A stretch of DNA of 64,000 bases from Candidatus Methylomirabilota bacterium (GCA_046726415.1 JBKPAK010000156.1:25335-89334); one strand, 5' to 3'. Shown: positions 1 through 12,495, numbered from the stretch's first letter. The notes: generated by a model from the letters alone, not told the origin. A program made the numbers and translations.

Positions 1-484
1 GACGGGGCGTCACCGTCGCCTCGCGAAACCGATAGAAGTCGCCCTCGTAGCTGAACGGCTCTCCCCGCCAGGCCTGCTTCATAATCTCGAGGGCCTCGCG
101 AAAGCGCGCCTGGCTCTCGCCGTACGGAATCCCGTAGGTGTCATAGGAGCGCACGACCCCGCTGCGGCCGATCCCGAACTCGAAGCGGCCCTCGCTGATG
201 TGATCCACGGTCGCCACTTCCTCGGCGATGCGCAGGGGATGATTCAGAGGAAGAACCTGGACGGCCGTCCCTACCCGCAGCCGCCGGGTGCGGGTGGCGA
301 TCGAGCTGGCGACCTGGAGTGAGGCCGAGATCACGGACCGGGTCGGCGTGAAGTGGATCTCGCCGAGCCATACGCAGTCGGCATCCCAGGCCTCGGCCCG
401 GTCCGCCAGCTCAAAGGCGTCCCGGAAGGCCGCGGCCTGGCTCGCTCCCTGACGCATTTCCTCGATGAAGATGCCGAAGTGCAT
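1..484 (-). CDS. LLM-class (luciferase-like) flavin-dependent oxidoreductase, runs off window start
   Basis: Manual translation MHFGIFIEEMRQG...WLGEIHF...RLRVGTAVQVLPLNHPLRIAEEVATVDHISEGRFEFGIGRS matches the LLM family. Confidence 0.85.
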   Translation of the reverse strand, partial: MHFGIFIEEMRQGASQAAAFRDAFELADRAEAWDADCVWLGEIHFTPTRSVISASLQVASSIATRTRRLRVGTAVQVLPLNHPLRIAEEVATVDHISEGRFEFGIGRSGVVRSYDTYGIPYGESQARFREALEIMKQAWRGEPFSYEGDFYRFREATVTPR

Positions 485-593
485 GACGTCTGCCTCCTTG
501 CCCAACCGTTCTCGCCTGCTCGTCCTCACCTTGCCGAGCGCCCCGGTGAGCGCTACTCTCCCCCGTCCGAGATCTTCGCCGAACGGAGGCCCC

Positions 594-1505
594 ATGCTGA
601 CTCGCATCGACCACGTGATGATCTGTGTCCCCGATCTGCAGCAGGGTATCGATGCCTACACCCGCATGGGATTCAACATCTACCCCGGCGGCGTCCATCC
701 TGGCAAGGGCACGCACAATGCCATCGCCTTCCACCAGGAGGACTATCTGGAGCTGCTCAGCGTGCGCGATCGGGATGAGTACCTGCGCGCCGCCGGCGCT
801 TCCGGCGGTCAGGGCGGCGGGTTGCTTCGATTTCTGGCCGAGGGTGGAGGCTTCCGCTACATCACCGTGCAGAGCGATGACCTGACCGCGGACGTGGCGG
901 CGATGCGCCGGCGCGGCGTCGAGGTGAGCGACGCGCGCGAGGGCAGTCGCCGAGCGCCGAACGGTCAGGAGCTGCGGTGGAAGATGGCGCTCCTCGGCCC
1001 GCGCACCCCGCTGCCCGTCCTCTTTGTGCAGCATCTGACTCCGCTGGACGAGCGACGCCGGCAAGTGCCCCGGGCGGGCGACCATCCGAACGGCGTGCTG
1101 AGGCTGGATCGCGTGTACATCGCGGTTGCCGACGTCGCCATGGCGGCCGAAATCTATAGCCGGGTGCTCGGAGTGGCCGTCCCCGCCCTCCAGCGCGGCA
1201 CGGTGATCAAGGCCGACATGGCGGTCTTCGGCCTGGGGCCAACCGGCCTGACGGTGGCGCAACCCGCCGAGGCCGGTCCTGCGGATGAGGCGCTCGCTCG
1301 GCGGGGACCGGGGCCGTTCCAGGTTCTGTACCGCACGCGCAGCCTGGAGGCGGCAGCCCGGTGGATGGCCGATCATGGCATGCCACCGCCTGCTCGCGGC
1401 ATGCGCAACACCGGCGAGCAGGCCATGCTCGTCGGACCGGAGCACGCCGGCGGAGCCTACATCGGATTCGTGGGGCCGACGTCGAAATCCACGCTGGCGA
1501 CGTAG
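594..1505 (+). CDS. VOC/glyoxalase-like protein (two VOC domains)
   Basis: MLTRIDHVMICVPDL...GGVHPGKGTHNA...DYLELL; second LDRVYIAVAD domain; ATG at 594. Confidence 0.8.
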   Translation: MLTRIDHVMICVPDLQQGIDAYTRMGFNIYPGGVHPGKGTHNAIAFHQEDYLELLSVRDRDEYLRAAGASGGQGGGLLRFLAEGGGFRYITVQSDDLTADVAAMRRRGVEVSDAREGSRRAPNGQELRWKMALLGPRTPLPVLFVQHLTPLDERRRQVPRAGDHPNGVLRLDRVYIAVADVAMAAEIYSRVLGVAVPALQRGTVIKADMAVFGLGPTGLTVAQPAEAGPADEALARRGPGPFQVLYRTRSLEAAARWMADHGMPPPARGMRNTGEQAMLVGPEHAGGAYIGFVGPTSKSTLAT

Positions 1506-1594
1506 CTCGGCCAAAGCCGGTATCTCCCGAGTCGCCGAGACGGGTTCTCGACCTCACGCCGGCGGCGAGTATGGCGAGGCTGAGCGCGACGTCA

Positions 1595-1700
1595 CCCGCA
1601 CGTCGGCCAGCACGTCGAGGATGCCGTCGGCCAGGCGCACGAATGTCCGGCCACAGGGACACGGCCGGTCGTCGAGCCGCACGCGGTCCGGATCGAAAGA
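1595..1700 (-). pseudogene. Short remnant of phenylacetate-CoA ligase-like (PaaK/AMP-binding) C-terminus
   Basis: DRVRLDDRPCPCGRTFVRLADGIL resembles the PaaK CPCGRT motif; no full ORF. Confidence 0.4.
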
Positions 1701-1791
1701 ACACGCGGTCGGCCGCACCGACACCCGCGCCGCGGAGCGCGAATCCGGCACGAGGGACTGACCCTCGGCGGGGTCAAGTCGCTCACCGTGC

Positions 1792-3342
1792 TCAGGCGCG
1801 CAGTTTGAAGCGCTGGATCTTGCCGGTGGCCGTCTTGGGCAGGTCGCTGACGAATTCGATCCAGCGCGGATACTTGTAGGGAGCGATCTTGTCCTTCACA
1901 AAGGTCTTCAGCTCCTCGGCCAGGCCCGCCGGGTCGCCGACCGGCTCCTTTAGGACGACAAAGGCCTTGGGTTTGACGAGGCGGTCGCTATCTTCCTGGC
2001 CGACCACGGCTGCCTCCAGGACCGCCGAGTGCTTCACGAGGGTGGCCTCTACCTCGACCGGAGAAACCCAGATCCCGCCGACCTTCAGCATGTCGTCGGC
2101 CCGCCCGCAGTACCAGAAGTAACCGTCGGCGTCCTGATAGTACTTGTCGCCCGTCTGGATCCACGGGCCGTAGAGCGTCTCCTTGGTTTTCTCGTGCTTG
2201 TTCCAGTAGTAGGCCATCGTGGAGTCGCCCTTCACCCGGAGATTGCCGATCTCCCCCAGCGCAACTGGACGCCCCTCGTCATCCACGATGATGGCCTCGT
2301 AGCCCGGCACGGGAAGCCCGGTCGAGCCGGGGCGCGCGGCGCCGGGACGGTTCGACAGGAAGATGTGCAAGATCTCCGTGGTGCCGATGCCGTCCACGAT
2401 CTCCACGCCGAAGCGCTCGCGCCATCGCGTGTAGATCTCCTCGGGCAACGCCTCCCCGGCCGAGATGCACAGGCGCAGCGACGAGAGATCGAAGCGCCTC
2501 TCCGCTTCCTTCACCGCCAGCATGCCGGCGTAGAGGGTCGGCACCCCGAAGAAGAGGGTGGGGCAATGGCGCGTGAGAATTTCGAAGACACCCTCCGGCG
2601 TGGGGCGGTGGGGAGACAGCACGCTCTGGGCGCCGACACCCATCGGGAAGTAGCCGGCGTTGCCGAGACCGTAGGCGAAGAAGAGCTTGGCGGCCGAGTA
2701 GACGCGGTCGGTGGGGCGGATGCCGAGCACCTGCTTCGCGTATGTCTCCTGGCAGATCACCATGTCGTGGTGAAGGTGGACGGCGCCCTTGGGAAAGCCC
2801 GTGGAACCCGAGGAATAGAGCCAGAAGGCGGGATCGTCGCGGGAGGTCGGGGCCGCCTCGAGACGGCTCGAGGCCTTGGCCAGTTCGTCCTCCCAGCAGA
2901 GATGGCGATGGTCCGTACCGCCGGCCACCAGCACGTGCTTCAGGAACGTGGCTTGGCCGAGCACGGGGCTGACCTGCGCCAGGAGCGGAGCCGAGATGAC
3001 GGCCACGCGGGCGCGGCTGTCGTTGAGGAAGTAGAGATAGTCCGCACCGCGCATGAGCGTGTTGACGGGAATCGGAACGGCGCCGAGCTTGACCGCGCCC
3101 CAGAACGCGGCGAGGAACTCCGGCGCGTCGAGGCAGATCATGAGGACCCGGTCTTCCATCTCGACCCCGAGATTCCTGAAGACGTTGCCGCCGCGATTGG
3201 CCAGATCGGCAACCTCTCCGTAGGTCAGGGTGCGGTCCTCGCAGAAGAACGCTGGAGCGCCGGCGCGCCCCTCCTCGAGGTGGCGGTCGACGAAATATGT
3301 GGCGACGTTGAACTGCGCGGGGAGACGCTGCGCTGCGTTCAT
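1792..3342 (-). CDS. Benzoate-CoA ligase family protein
   Basis: FWLYSSGSTGFPKG, KLFFAYGLGN, DGIGTTEILHIF, LPKTATGKIQRFKLR; adjacent to boxBC. Confidence 0.9.
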   Translation of the reverse strand: MNAAQRLPAQFNVATYFVDRHLEEGRAGAPAFFCEDRTLTYGEVADLANRGGNVFRNLGVEMEDRVLMICLDAPEFLAAFWGAVKLGAVPIPVNTLMRGADYLYFLNDSRARVAVISAPLLAQVSPVLGQATFLKHVLVAGGTDHRHLCWEDELAKASSRLEAAPTSRDDPAFWLYSSGSTGFPKGAVHLHHDMVICQETYAKQVLGIRPTDRVYSAAKLFFAYGLGNAGYFPMGVGAQSVLSPHRPTPEGVFEILTRHCPTLFFGVPTLYAGMLAVKEAERRFDLSSLRLCISAGEALPEEIYTRWRERFGVEIVDGIGTTEILHIFLSNRPGAARPGSTGLPVPGYEAIIVDDEGRPVALGEIGNLRVKGDSTMAYYWNKHEKTKETLYGPWIQTGDKYYQDADGYFWYCGRADDMLKVGGIWVSPVEVEATLVKHSAVLEAAVVGQEDSDRLVKPKAFVVLKEPVGDPAGLAEELKTFVKDKIAPYKYPRWIEFVSDLPKTATGKIQRFKLRA

Positions 3343-3385
3343 GGCTCTTGGTCCTCCCGGCCGCGTTGACCGAGGCCGCGACGAG

Positions 3386-3889
3386 CTAGCGCCGCCGCGC
3401 GGCGGCGCTTCGCCTCGCCGACTTCTTCTTCGCCGCCGTCCGTCGCGTCGTCCGTCTTGCCGCGACCCGGGGGCGGCTGGCCGCCGCCCGCCCGGCCTTG
3501 ACCGCCATGGCTTCGATCTCGACCCGCAACTCCGGCCGAACCAGTCGGGTCACCACCAGCAGCGTGTTCGGGGGATAGGTTCCCTCGGCGAAATAGCGGG
3601 GAAAGACGTCCTGGCGCGCCCGCATGAAGCCCGGGATGTCGTCGGCGCTGGTGAGAAATGTCTGAAGCCGGATGACGTCGCGCATCGTGCAGCCGCCGGC
3701 CTCGATCACCGCCCGCACGTTGTCGAGGGCGGCCCTGGTCTGCGATTCGACGTCGGACCCGGCCACCTCACCGCCGGTCATCCCCACCTGCCCGGCCACG
3801 ACCAGGATTTCCCCGGCCGGCGCGCTCATTCCGTGTGAGTACATCCCAAGCGGTGGTCCGAGCATCTCAGGTGTGATGCTCTTCGGCAT
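3386..3889 (-). CDS. RidA/YjgF family protein with basic C-terminal tail
   Basis: PPLGMYSHG...VAGQVG...PPNTLLVVTRLVRPELRVEIEA. Confidence 0.8.
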   Translation of the reverse strand: MPKSITPEMLGPPLGMYSHGMSAPAGEILVVAGQVGMTGGEVAGSDVESQTRAALDNVRAVIEAGGCTMRDVIRLQTFLTSADDIPGFMRARQDVFPRYFAEGTYPPNTLLVVTRLVRPELRVEIEAMAVKAGRAAASRPRVAARRTTRRTAAKKKSARRSAAARRR

Positions 3890-3948
3890 GATGCGGCCTC
3901 CCTTCATCGGATCGCCCGAATTGTAGCAATGCGGGACGCGCTCCGGGA

Positions 3949-4785
3949 TCAGGACGCAAGCCAGATACCGGCAAACACGACCACCGCCCCCACCATCTGC
4001 GTCGGGGCCAGCGACTCGCCCAGCAACAGCGCCGCGATGATCACCGCCGAGGCCGGCTCGAGATACGCGTAGATCATCGTCCGCGTGGGCCCGAGCCGAT
4101 GCACCGCGGCGCCCCACAGGGCCATGGCGACGGCCATGCCGAAGGTGGCGCCGTACGCGAGACCAGCCCAGGCCTCCCAGGGGACGGCTTCCAGGCGGAG
4201 CCGCGCGATTTGGGGCAGCGCGATCGGCACGATCAGGACCGACGCCATGGCCATGGTCATCGCCGTCGCCCGCACGCTTCCGAGCGTGGCCACGAGGGGG
4301 CCAACGGCCAGGCTGTACCACGCCCACGCCGCTGCCGCGCCCACCGCGAGCAGGTAGCCGGCCAGCGCGCCCGCCGCGACCGGAGCCCCCACCACGAGCG
4401 CCACGCCGAACAGGCCCAGCAGGAGGCCGGACCACTGGCGCGGTGCGAGGCGCTCGCGACGCACCAGCACCGACCACAGCGCGGTCATCAGGGGCGCAGT
4501 GGCCACCAGGATAGCCGTCTCGCCGGCGCCGGCGAGGGCGACGCCGGCCACGAGCAGCAGCTGAAAGGCCGTCTGGGCCAGCCCCGCCACCAGCACGTGA
4601 CGCCGGTCGGCAGACGCCACCCGCCGGGCCAGGCCGCCCCCACCGACAACGAGCAGCAGAACCGCGGCCAGCACGACCCGCAGGCCGGTGAAGCTCAGGA
4701 ACGGGATGTCGCGCAGAGCGACCTTGGCCGCCGGATAGATCCCGCCCCAGAGCACGACCGCGATCAGCGGTCGAGGATCGAGCAC
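3949..4785 (-). CDS. DMT/EamA family transporter
   Basis: About 10 hydrophobic helices, two EamA-like repeats, YLEPASAVIIAALLLGE. Confidence 0.85.
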   Translation of the reverse strand: MLDPRPLIAVVLWGGIYPAAKVALRDIPFLSFTGLRVVLAAVLLLVVGGGGLARRVASADRRHVLVAGLAQTAFQLLLVAGVALAGAGETAILVATAPLMTALWSVLVRRERLAPRQWSGLLLGLFGVALVVGAPVAAGALAGYLLAVGAAAAWAWYSLAVGPLVATLGSVRATAMTMAMASVLIVPIALPQIARLRLEAVPWEAWAGLAYGATFGMAVAMALWGAAVHRLGPTRTMIYAYLEPASAVIIAALLLGESLAPTQMVGAVVVFAGIWLAS

Positions 4786-4865
4786 CCGTCAGCCTCGGTC
4801 CGCGCACCGAGCATCGCGCATTCGTCCCCTTGGACCAGCGCATCGAGATCGCCGTCCATGGAGGC

Positions 4866-6283
<1,418 letters not shown>

Positions 6284-6284
<1 letters not shown>

Positions 6285-7963
6285 CACACTCTCCTTCGAT
6301 CGAACTCCGCCCGCTGGCCGCTGCCGTACACCTGCAGGGCGCCCTTCGGCCCCACGGCGTTCGCGCGCTGGAAGATCCAGTTCTGCCAGGCGGAGAGGCG
6401 TCCGAAGATCTTCGTTTCCAGGGTCTCGGGGCCGCCAAAGCGCAAGGACGCCTCCATGCCGGTGAGAGCGTCCGGCGAGAACGCGGCCCGTTCCTCGATG
6501 GCCAGCCGGACTTCGTCGTCCCAGTCGATGTCGTCGGGCGTGAAGGTCACCAACCCGGCTTCGCTGGCCGCCGCCGCATCGAGGTCTGCGCCAATGAGCC
6601 CGCGCAGCTTGTCGACGCGCTCCGGCTCGGCCAGGAAGCGGCTCGCCAGACGCGTGAGGCCATTGATCATCGGATAGGCGCCGAAGTTCAGTTCGGTGAG
6701 CCGCACGGTGGCCGGTGAGCGCGAGTCGCCGGACCGCCCGCCATCGAGCATGTAGGAGCGGTCGGCGGCGAGGACCAGCTCGAGGAGGGTCCCCGCGAAG
6801 CATGAGCTGGGCTCCACGAGGGCGAAGACCGAGCGCGACGACACGTCGATCCGCTTGAATACCCGCCCCAGAAAGAGTCGGATCTCACGGACCAGCCAGT
6901 GTCGCGCGTAGTCGCCGAGGAAGCGGTCGTAGGCCTCCACCGCGTCGACTGTTCCCACCGTCCGCACGATCCAGAGGCCGATCTCCTCTTCGTTCGTGCG
7001 CAGGTGCAAGATCAGGTCGTCGAGTTGCCGCGCGAGCGCCAATGGCCAGAAGGCGCAGCCGCCCTCGACCAGGCCGTCCGGCCCCGGCGGCGGAGGCACG
7101 GCCGGACCGCGCACCGTGATCTCGGCGACGCCGCGCTTGCGATCGACCTCGCAGGCGAGATGCTCGTAGGCGATGTGATCGCCGTCAATGGTCCGGGACA
7201 GCGGAGTCAGCGTCAGGCCGCGGGCCGCCGCCGGACGGTCGGTGCGGGCGGCCAACTCCCGCGCCCGCTGCCGCGCGACCTCTTCGAGCCGGGAGCGCGG
7301 GACGACCTCGTCGACGAGTCCCCACTCCACTGCGCGCTTGCCCTTGATCCCTTCCTCGACCGTGCAGAAGAAGTCTGCGCGGTCCCGGCGAACGTGGCGC
7401 TTGTCCACCAGCCTGGTGAGGCCGCCGGTACCCGGGAGCACCGCCAGGAGAGGGACCTCGGGCAGCGACACGGAGGTGTTGGCGTCGTCAGCCATGACGA
7501 TGTGGTCCGTGGCCAAGGCCAGTTCATACCCCCCACCCGCGCACGGACCGTTGATCATGCTGAGGTAGACTTGCCTGGACTGCGCGGTGGCCTCCTCGAT
7601 CGCGTTGCGGGTCTCGTTGGTGAACTTGCAGAAGTTCACCTTCCAGCCGTGCCCGGACTGACCCAGCATCCGGATGTTGGCGCCCGCGCAGAAGATCCGT
7701 TCCTTGCCGGAGGTCACGACCACCGCTCCCACCTCCGGGTGCTCGAAGCGCAGGCGTTGGATCGCGTCATACAGCTCGATGTCCACCCCGAGGTCATAGG
7801 AGTTCAGCTTCAACTCGTAGCCCGGTCGCAGGCCGCCGTCCTCGCGGACATCCATGGCCAGGGTGGCCACCGGCCCGTCGAAACTCAACCGCCAGTGGCG
7901 GTAGCGCGATGGTTCCGTGCGGAAGTCGACCGGTTCCCGTCTGGTCTCAGTGGTATCAGCCAT
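6284..7963 (-). CDS. boxC: 2,3-epoxybenzoyl-CoA dihydrolase
   Basis: YELKLNSYDLGVDIELYDA, KVNFCKFTNETRN, FGRLSAWQNWIFQR; crotonase fold. Confidence 0.95.
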
Positions 7964-7969
7964 CGTCCC

Positions 7970-8515
7970 TCACCCCAAAATGACCCACATCGCCTTGGCT
8001 GCCTTGTTCCCGACGTTCTCCCAACCGTGCGGGGTGCCGCCGTCCAGGAGGGCGCTGTCGCCCGTCTCCAGCAGATGGCGCTCCGAGTTGTACTGGAGGA
8101 CCACCTTGCCGTCGATCACGTAGAAGAGCTTCATCTGACCCGGCTTGATCACGACCTTGTCAGTGATGATTCCCCGCGACCGCGGCGCCAATGTGGAGAC
8201 CACCGCCCGCACCTTGCCATCGAAGAGCCCTGCGCCCAGCACGGCCCAGGTCTCGGACGCCCCCTCGAACGAGACCTTCGGGTAGTCGGCCTTGCGGGTC
8301 ACCGTGATCCGGCCGGCTGGCGTGTTGTCGAAGAGCGACGCGATGGGCACGCCGAGGGCGCCCGCGATCTTGCCCAGCGTGTGCAGCGAAGGGGTCAGCC
8401 GACCCGACTCGATCTGCGACACCATGCTCGGGGTCAGATCCGCCTTCTCGGCCAGCTGGCGCTGCTGCAGCTGCTGCTCCGCCCGGAGGATCTTGATCCG
8501 CTCGCCGAGCGTCAT
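7970..8515 (-). CDS. XRE-family HTH plus cupin transcriptional regulator
   Basis: N-terminal HTH (LAEKADLTPSMVSQIESG), C-terminal cupin (GDSALLDGGTPHGWEN). Confidence 0.85.
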   Translation of the reverse strand: MTLGERIKILRAEQQLQQRQLAEKADLTPSMVSQIESGRLTPSLHTLGKIAGALGVPIASLFDNTPAGRITVTRKADYPKVSFEGASETWAVLGAGLFDGKVRAVVSTLAPRSRGIITDKVVIKPGQMKLFYVIDGKVVLQYNSERHLLETGDSALLDGGTPHGWENVGNKAAKAMWVILG

Positions 8516-8528
8516 CGGATTCTCTCGC

Positions 8529-9545
8529 TCACGGGAGCTCTTCCTCGTCCCGCGGCGATTCCGCGAAACCGGCGATCCGTCGCAGCCCGCGGGCCACGAA
8601 CACGCGGGCGATCCTCTTTCGGTACGGGTGCGTGAAGTCCGTGTTGTCGAGCGGCTTGGCCGGGCCGGCGGCCATCGCCGCGACCCGCTCGATCAGCTCC
8701 GACGAGAGCCGCTCGCCGCGCAGCAGGGCCTGCGCCGCCGTCGCCTCGCGGGGCAGCGAGGCCACCGCACCCAAGACGATGCGCGCGTCGTGAATCACCG
8801 CGTCGTTCACGCGCGCCGCCACCGCCACCCCCAGGACCGGAAAGTCGAATGAACCGCGGCGGCGCAACTTGAGGTAGACGGACCTCCAGCCATCGGCCGG
8901 CGGCAACAGGATCTCCGTCGCGATCTCGTCGGCTCGCTTGGTCAGATAGGCAATGCCATCGTCGCGGTAGAGGGCCTCCAGGGGGACCGTGCGTTCGCCG
9001 GCGGGGCCCACCAGACGAAGGCGCGCGCCAAGACTCCAGAAGACGGGCGCGGTATCCGAGGACGACACGGCCCAGCAGCGCGGACTTCCCGGGGCCACCA
9101 GGCAGATGTCGCCGTCCTTCTTCATGCAGAAGCCGATGGCTTTCCGCCACTGGTACGTCTGGTTGTAGTAGTTGCAGCGCGTATCGACGCAAACATTGCC
9201 ACCGATAGTTCCCATGTTGCGCAACTGAGGCGACGACACCAGTCCGGCGGCGGTGGCCACGGCGGGATAGTGACGCACGACCTCCGGGTGGGAGGCCACG
9301 GCCGCGAGCGTCGTGCCCGCTCCGATGACGAGACCGTCGCGGGCGGATCCCCGGACGCCCGAGAGCGCGCGAATCGAGCGCAGGCCTACCAGCGTCTTCG
9401 GCTCGAACTGGCGCCGCTTCATGTTCGGATAGAGGTCGGTCCCCCCGGCCACGAGCATCGTCTCCGGTCCCGCGTCCCCCAACAGGCGCACCGCCTCGAC
9501 GAGGTTTCCCGGAGCCACGTACCGGAACGGCGGAAGCCGCAACAT
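8529..9545 (-). CDS. hcrB: 4-hydroxybenzoyl-CoA reductase beta-like (FAD/[4Fe-4S]) subunit
   Basis: AGGTDL FAD motif plus Cys insert TRCNYYNQ...GFCMKKDGDICLVAPGSPRC typical of HcrB. Confidence 0.8.
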   Translation of the reverse strand: MLRLPPFRYVAPGNLVEAVRLLGDAGPETMLVAGGTDLYPNMKRRQFEPKTLVGLRSIRALSGVRGSARDGLVIGAGTTLAAVASHPEVVRHYPAVATAAGLVSSPQLRNMGTIGGNVCVDTRCNYYNQTYQWRKAIGFCMKKDGDICLVAPGSPRCWAVSSSDTAPVFWSLGARLRLVGPAGERTVPLEALYRDDGIAYLTKRADEIATEILLPPADGWRSVYLKLRRRGSFDFPVLGVAVAARVNDAVIHDARIVLGAVASLPREATAAQALLRGERLSSELIERVAAMAAGPAKPLDNTDFTHPYRKRIARVFVARGLRRIAGFAESPRDEEELP

Positions 9546-9547
9546 GC

Positions 9548-11989
9548 TCAGGACCCGCTGGAGGCAAAAGGCCGTAGGGCCACCGCCTCGGCCGGCTGAC
9601 CGAAGGCCGATTCGACCACCAGTGGCTCCTTGAACGTGAAGACGGGGATGCGCTCAGGTCCGATGCGCGCCACCTTACCCTGGCGCCGGAGGTCGAGGCC
9701 CTTCATGATCATGTCCGGGGTGATCGGCACCTCGTCTAAGCGCACGCCCACGGCATGGTAGATCGCGTTGGCGATGGCCGGGATGACGGGCAGGAGTGGC
9801 CCCTGTCCCGCCTCCTTGGCCCCGAACGGCCCCTCGGGATCGTCGGTCTCCACCAGGAACGTATGGATGTTCGGGGTCTCCAAGGTGGTCGGGCTCTTGT
9901 AGTCGAGCATCGACGGCTGCTTGTGGAGTCCCTTGCGGAAGACCTGGCCTTCCATCAGGGCCTCCCCGATGCCCATGTAGATCGAGCCCTCCACCTGTCC
10001 CTCGACGAGCAGCGGATTGAGGGCGCGCCCGATGTCGTGGGCAATCCACACGTCGCGGAGTTCGATCTCGGCGGTGTCCTCGTCGACGGAGAGATCGACG
10101 ACGCAGGCCGAGTACGAATAGCACGGCGACGGCCCCACCCCGCCCCCCTTGTACTTGCCGGCGCGCTTCGGTGGCGCATAGGAGCCCGGGAAGGCGAGCA
10201 CGCCGTGCATGGCCTCCGCCAGCACCACCGCGTCGGCGAACGGCACCGCCTTGTCCCAGTCGTCGGGGACGCCTACTTTGCGGTCTCGCGCGACAAGGGC
10301 CCTCGACTCGACCTCGAGCTTCTGGGCCACGGCCGCGAAGATGGCGTCGCGCAGCCGCGTGGCCGCCTGGATGGCGGCCATCCCGCACATCAGGGTCACC
10401 CGAGATGAGTACGACCCGAGGTCGACGGGGGTGAGGTCGGTGTCGGCGGGATGCACGCGGATGTCCTTGGGATCGATGCCCAGGATCTCGGCCGGCAGAT
10501 AGGCCAGGATCGAGTCCGAGCCCTGCCCGATGTCGGTGGCGCCACAGAGGATGGCCACGCCGCCGCCCCGATCGGCGCGGAGGATCACCCCCGAGTGCGG
10601 CATGCTGTTCCAGTAGATGGCCGTGCCGGCGCCGGTCATGTATGACGAGCACGCCATCCCGACGCCACGCCGCTTCCGGCCGAGAGCCGGCCGCGCATGA
10701 CCAAAGCGCTGGCGCTTCTCGCGCCAGCCGGACGCTTCGACGACCTTGTCGATGCATTCGCCGAGACCGATGGTCGTCACCGTCAAATGGTTGGCCGTCT
10801 TGGTGAAGGGCTCGTGCACGATGCGCCGCCGCATCTCGGCGGGATCGAGACCGAGCTGCTCGGCGGCCTTGTCGATCTGGCACTCCAGGGCGAAGCGCGG
10901 CTGGGGTGTGCCATGGCCTCGCTTGGGACCGCACGGCGGCTTGTTGGTGAAGATGCGGGCGCCCTCGAACTTGTAGACCGGCATCTTGTAGGTGACGGGA
11001 TTGATCACGCCGGTGTAGAACGTCGAGGCGACCCCATAGGAGCCGTAGGCCCCGCCGTCAAGCCACGTCTTGATGTGACACCCCGTGATGTCGCCCTGAC
11101 CGGTGAAGCCGGTCTTGAGCCACATCAGCACGGGATGCCGCCCGCGGTGGACGTAGAAGACCTCCTCCCGGGTCAGCGCGATCTTCACGGGCCGCCCGGT
11201 GATCTGCGAGAGCCTGCAGGCGGCGATCTCATGCGCGAACGGGTCAAGCTTGCCGCCGAAGCCGCCGCCCACCGGCGCCGCGATCACGCGGATGTGCGCG
11301 GCCGGCAGGTCGAGGATTTTGGCCAGCAACCGGTGGACGTAGTGCGGCGTCTGCGTGGAGGACCAGAGCGTGAGCTTGCCGTCCGGGCCAAACTGCGCCA
11401 CCGCCGCGTGCTGCTCCATGGGCAGGTGCGTGTTGCCCTCGAAGAAAAAGACGTCTTCCCGGACCAGAGCCGAGGCGGCGAAGGCCGCATCCACGTCTCC
11501 GAACTGGAGGGCCACGTTCTTGTGGATGTTCGGACCGTCACCGTACTCGTGGATCCGCACCTCGGGATGAGCCAGCGATTCCTCAATGGACATGAGCGGG
11601 CGCAGGGGTTCGTATTCGACCTCGATCAGCTCGGTGGCGCGTTCCGCCGTCTCCTCGTCCACCGCGGCCACCGCCGCCACCGCGTCACCCACCATCCGGA
11701 CCTTATCTCGGCACAGGGCCTCCTCGTCCTGGGACACGGGGAGGATGCCGAATTTCACTGGCGGTAAATCGGCGCCGGTGATGACCGCATACACTCCCGC
11801 CAGCTCTCTGGCCCGCGATGTTGCGATGCGCGCGATGCGGGCGTGTGGATGCGGGCTGCGAAGGAGTTTGGCGAAGGCCAGGCGCGGCAGGACGAGGTCG
11901 TCGGCATACCTCGTGTCGCCGGTGACCTTGGCCCACGCGTCGATCTTGGGAAGCGGCTGCCCGATGACCGAGAACTTGGCGTCGCTCAC
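9548..11989 (-). CDS. hcrA: 4-hydroxybenzoyl-CoA reductase alpha-like molybdopterin subunit (xanthine oxidase family)
   Basis: GGGFGGK, RGHGTPQ, LGSYSSRVT, GPFGAKEAGQG; flanked by hcrB/hcrC-like genes. Confidence 0.8.
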   Translation of the reverse strand: MSDAKFSVIGQPLPKIDAWAKVTGDTRYADDLVLPRLAFAKLLRSPHPHARIARIATSRARELAGVYAVITGADLPPVKFGILPVSQDEEALCRDKVRMVGDAVAAVAAVDEETAERATELIEVEYEPLRPLMSIEESLAHPEVRIHEYGDGPNIHKNVALQFGDVDAAFAASALVREDVFFFEGNTHLPMEQHAAVAQFGPDGKLTLWSSTQTPHYVHRLLAKILDLPAAHIRVIAAPVGGGFGGKLDPFAHEIAACRLSQITGRPVKIALTREEVFYVHRGRHPVLMWLKTGFTGQGDITGCHIKTWLDGGAYGSYGVASTFYTGVINPVTYKMPVYKFEGARIFTNKPPCGPKRGHGTPQPRFALECQIDKAAEQLGLDPAEMRRRIVHEPFTKTANHLTVTTIGLGECIDKVVEASGWREKRQRFGHARPALGRKRRGVGMACSSYMTGAGTAIYWNSMPHSGVILRADRGGGVAILCGATDIGQGSDSILAYLPAEILGIDPKDIRVHPADTDLTPVDLGSYSSRVTLMCGMAAIQAATRLRDAIFAAVAQKLEVESRALVARDRKVGVPDDWDKAVPFADAVVLAEAMHGVLAFPGSYAPPKRAGKYKGGGVGPSPCYSYSACVVDLSVDEDTAEIELRDVWIAHDIGRALNPLLVEGQVEGSIYMGIGEALMEGQVFRKGLHKQPSMLDYKSPTTLETPNIHTFLVETDDPEGPFGAKEAGQGPLLPVIPAIANAIYHAVGVRLDEVPITPDMIMKGLDLRRQGKVARIGPERIPVFTFKEPLVVESAFGQPAEAVALRPFASSGS

Positions 11990-12495
11990 GTCGACCTCCC
12001 TGGCGTGACCACCGCGCGCGTGGAGTCGGCGGACATCCGCAGCGCCGCCAGCTCGACGGCCTCCAGGATCTTCGTGTAGCCGGTGCAGCGACAGAGGTTC
12101 CCGGCCAACGCCTGCCGGATCTCGTCGCGTCCCGGGGCGGGATTGTCAGTCAGGAGCGCTTCGGCGGTCAGCAGAATTCCCGGCGTGCAGTAGCCACACT
12201 GGGCCGCCCCCAGTTCCGCGAACGCCTGCTGGAGCGGGTGCAGCTCGGAGCCCTCGGCCATGCCCTCGACGGTCTTGATGGCCCGTCCGTCCAGGTCCGC
12301 GGGCAGCGCGAGGCACGACAGCACGGGCGCGCCATCGACCAGCACCGTGCACGTCCCGCACTCGCCGAGTTCGCAGCCATGCTTGGTGCCAGTGAGTCGG
12401 AGGTCCTCGCGCAAGACCTCGAGCAGGGTCTTGTGAACGGGGACGAGCACATCCTGTCTCTCCCCGTTGACGGTCAAGCTGAGGCGCGCCTTCAT
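11986..12495 (-). CDS. hcrC: 4-hydroxybenzoyl-CoA reductase gamma-like 2x[2Fe-2S] subunit
   Basis: TKHGCELGECGTCTVL, QCGYCTPG, NLCRCTGY. Confidence 0.8.
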   Translation of the reverse strand: MKARLSLTVNGERQDVLVPVHKTLLEVLREDLRLTGTKHGCELGECGTCTVLVDGAPVLSCLALPADLDGRAIKTVEGMAEGSELHPLQQAFAELGAAQCGYCTPGILLTAEALLTDNPAPGRDEIRQALAGNLCRCTGYTKILEAVELAALRMSADSTRAVVTPGRST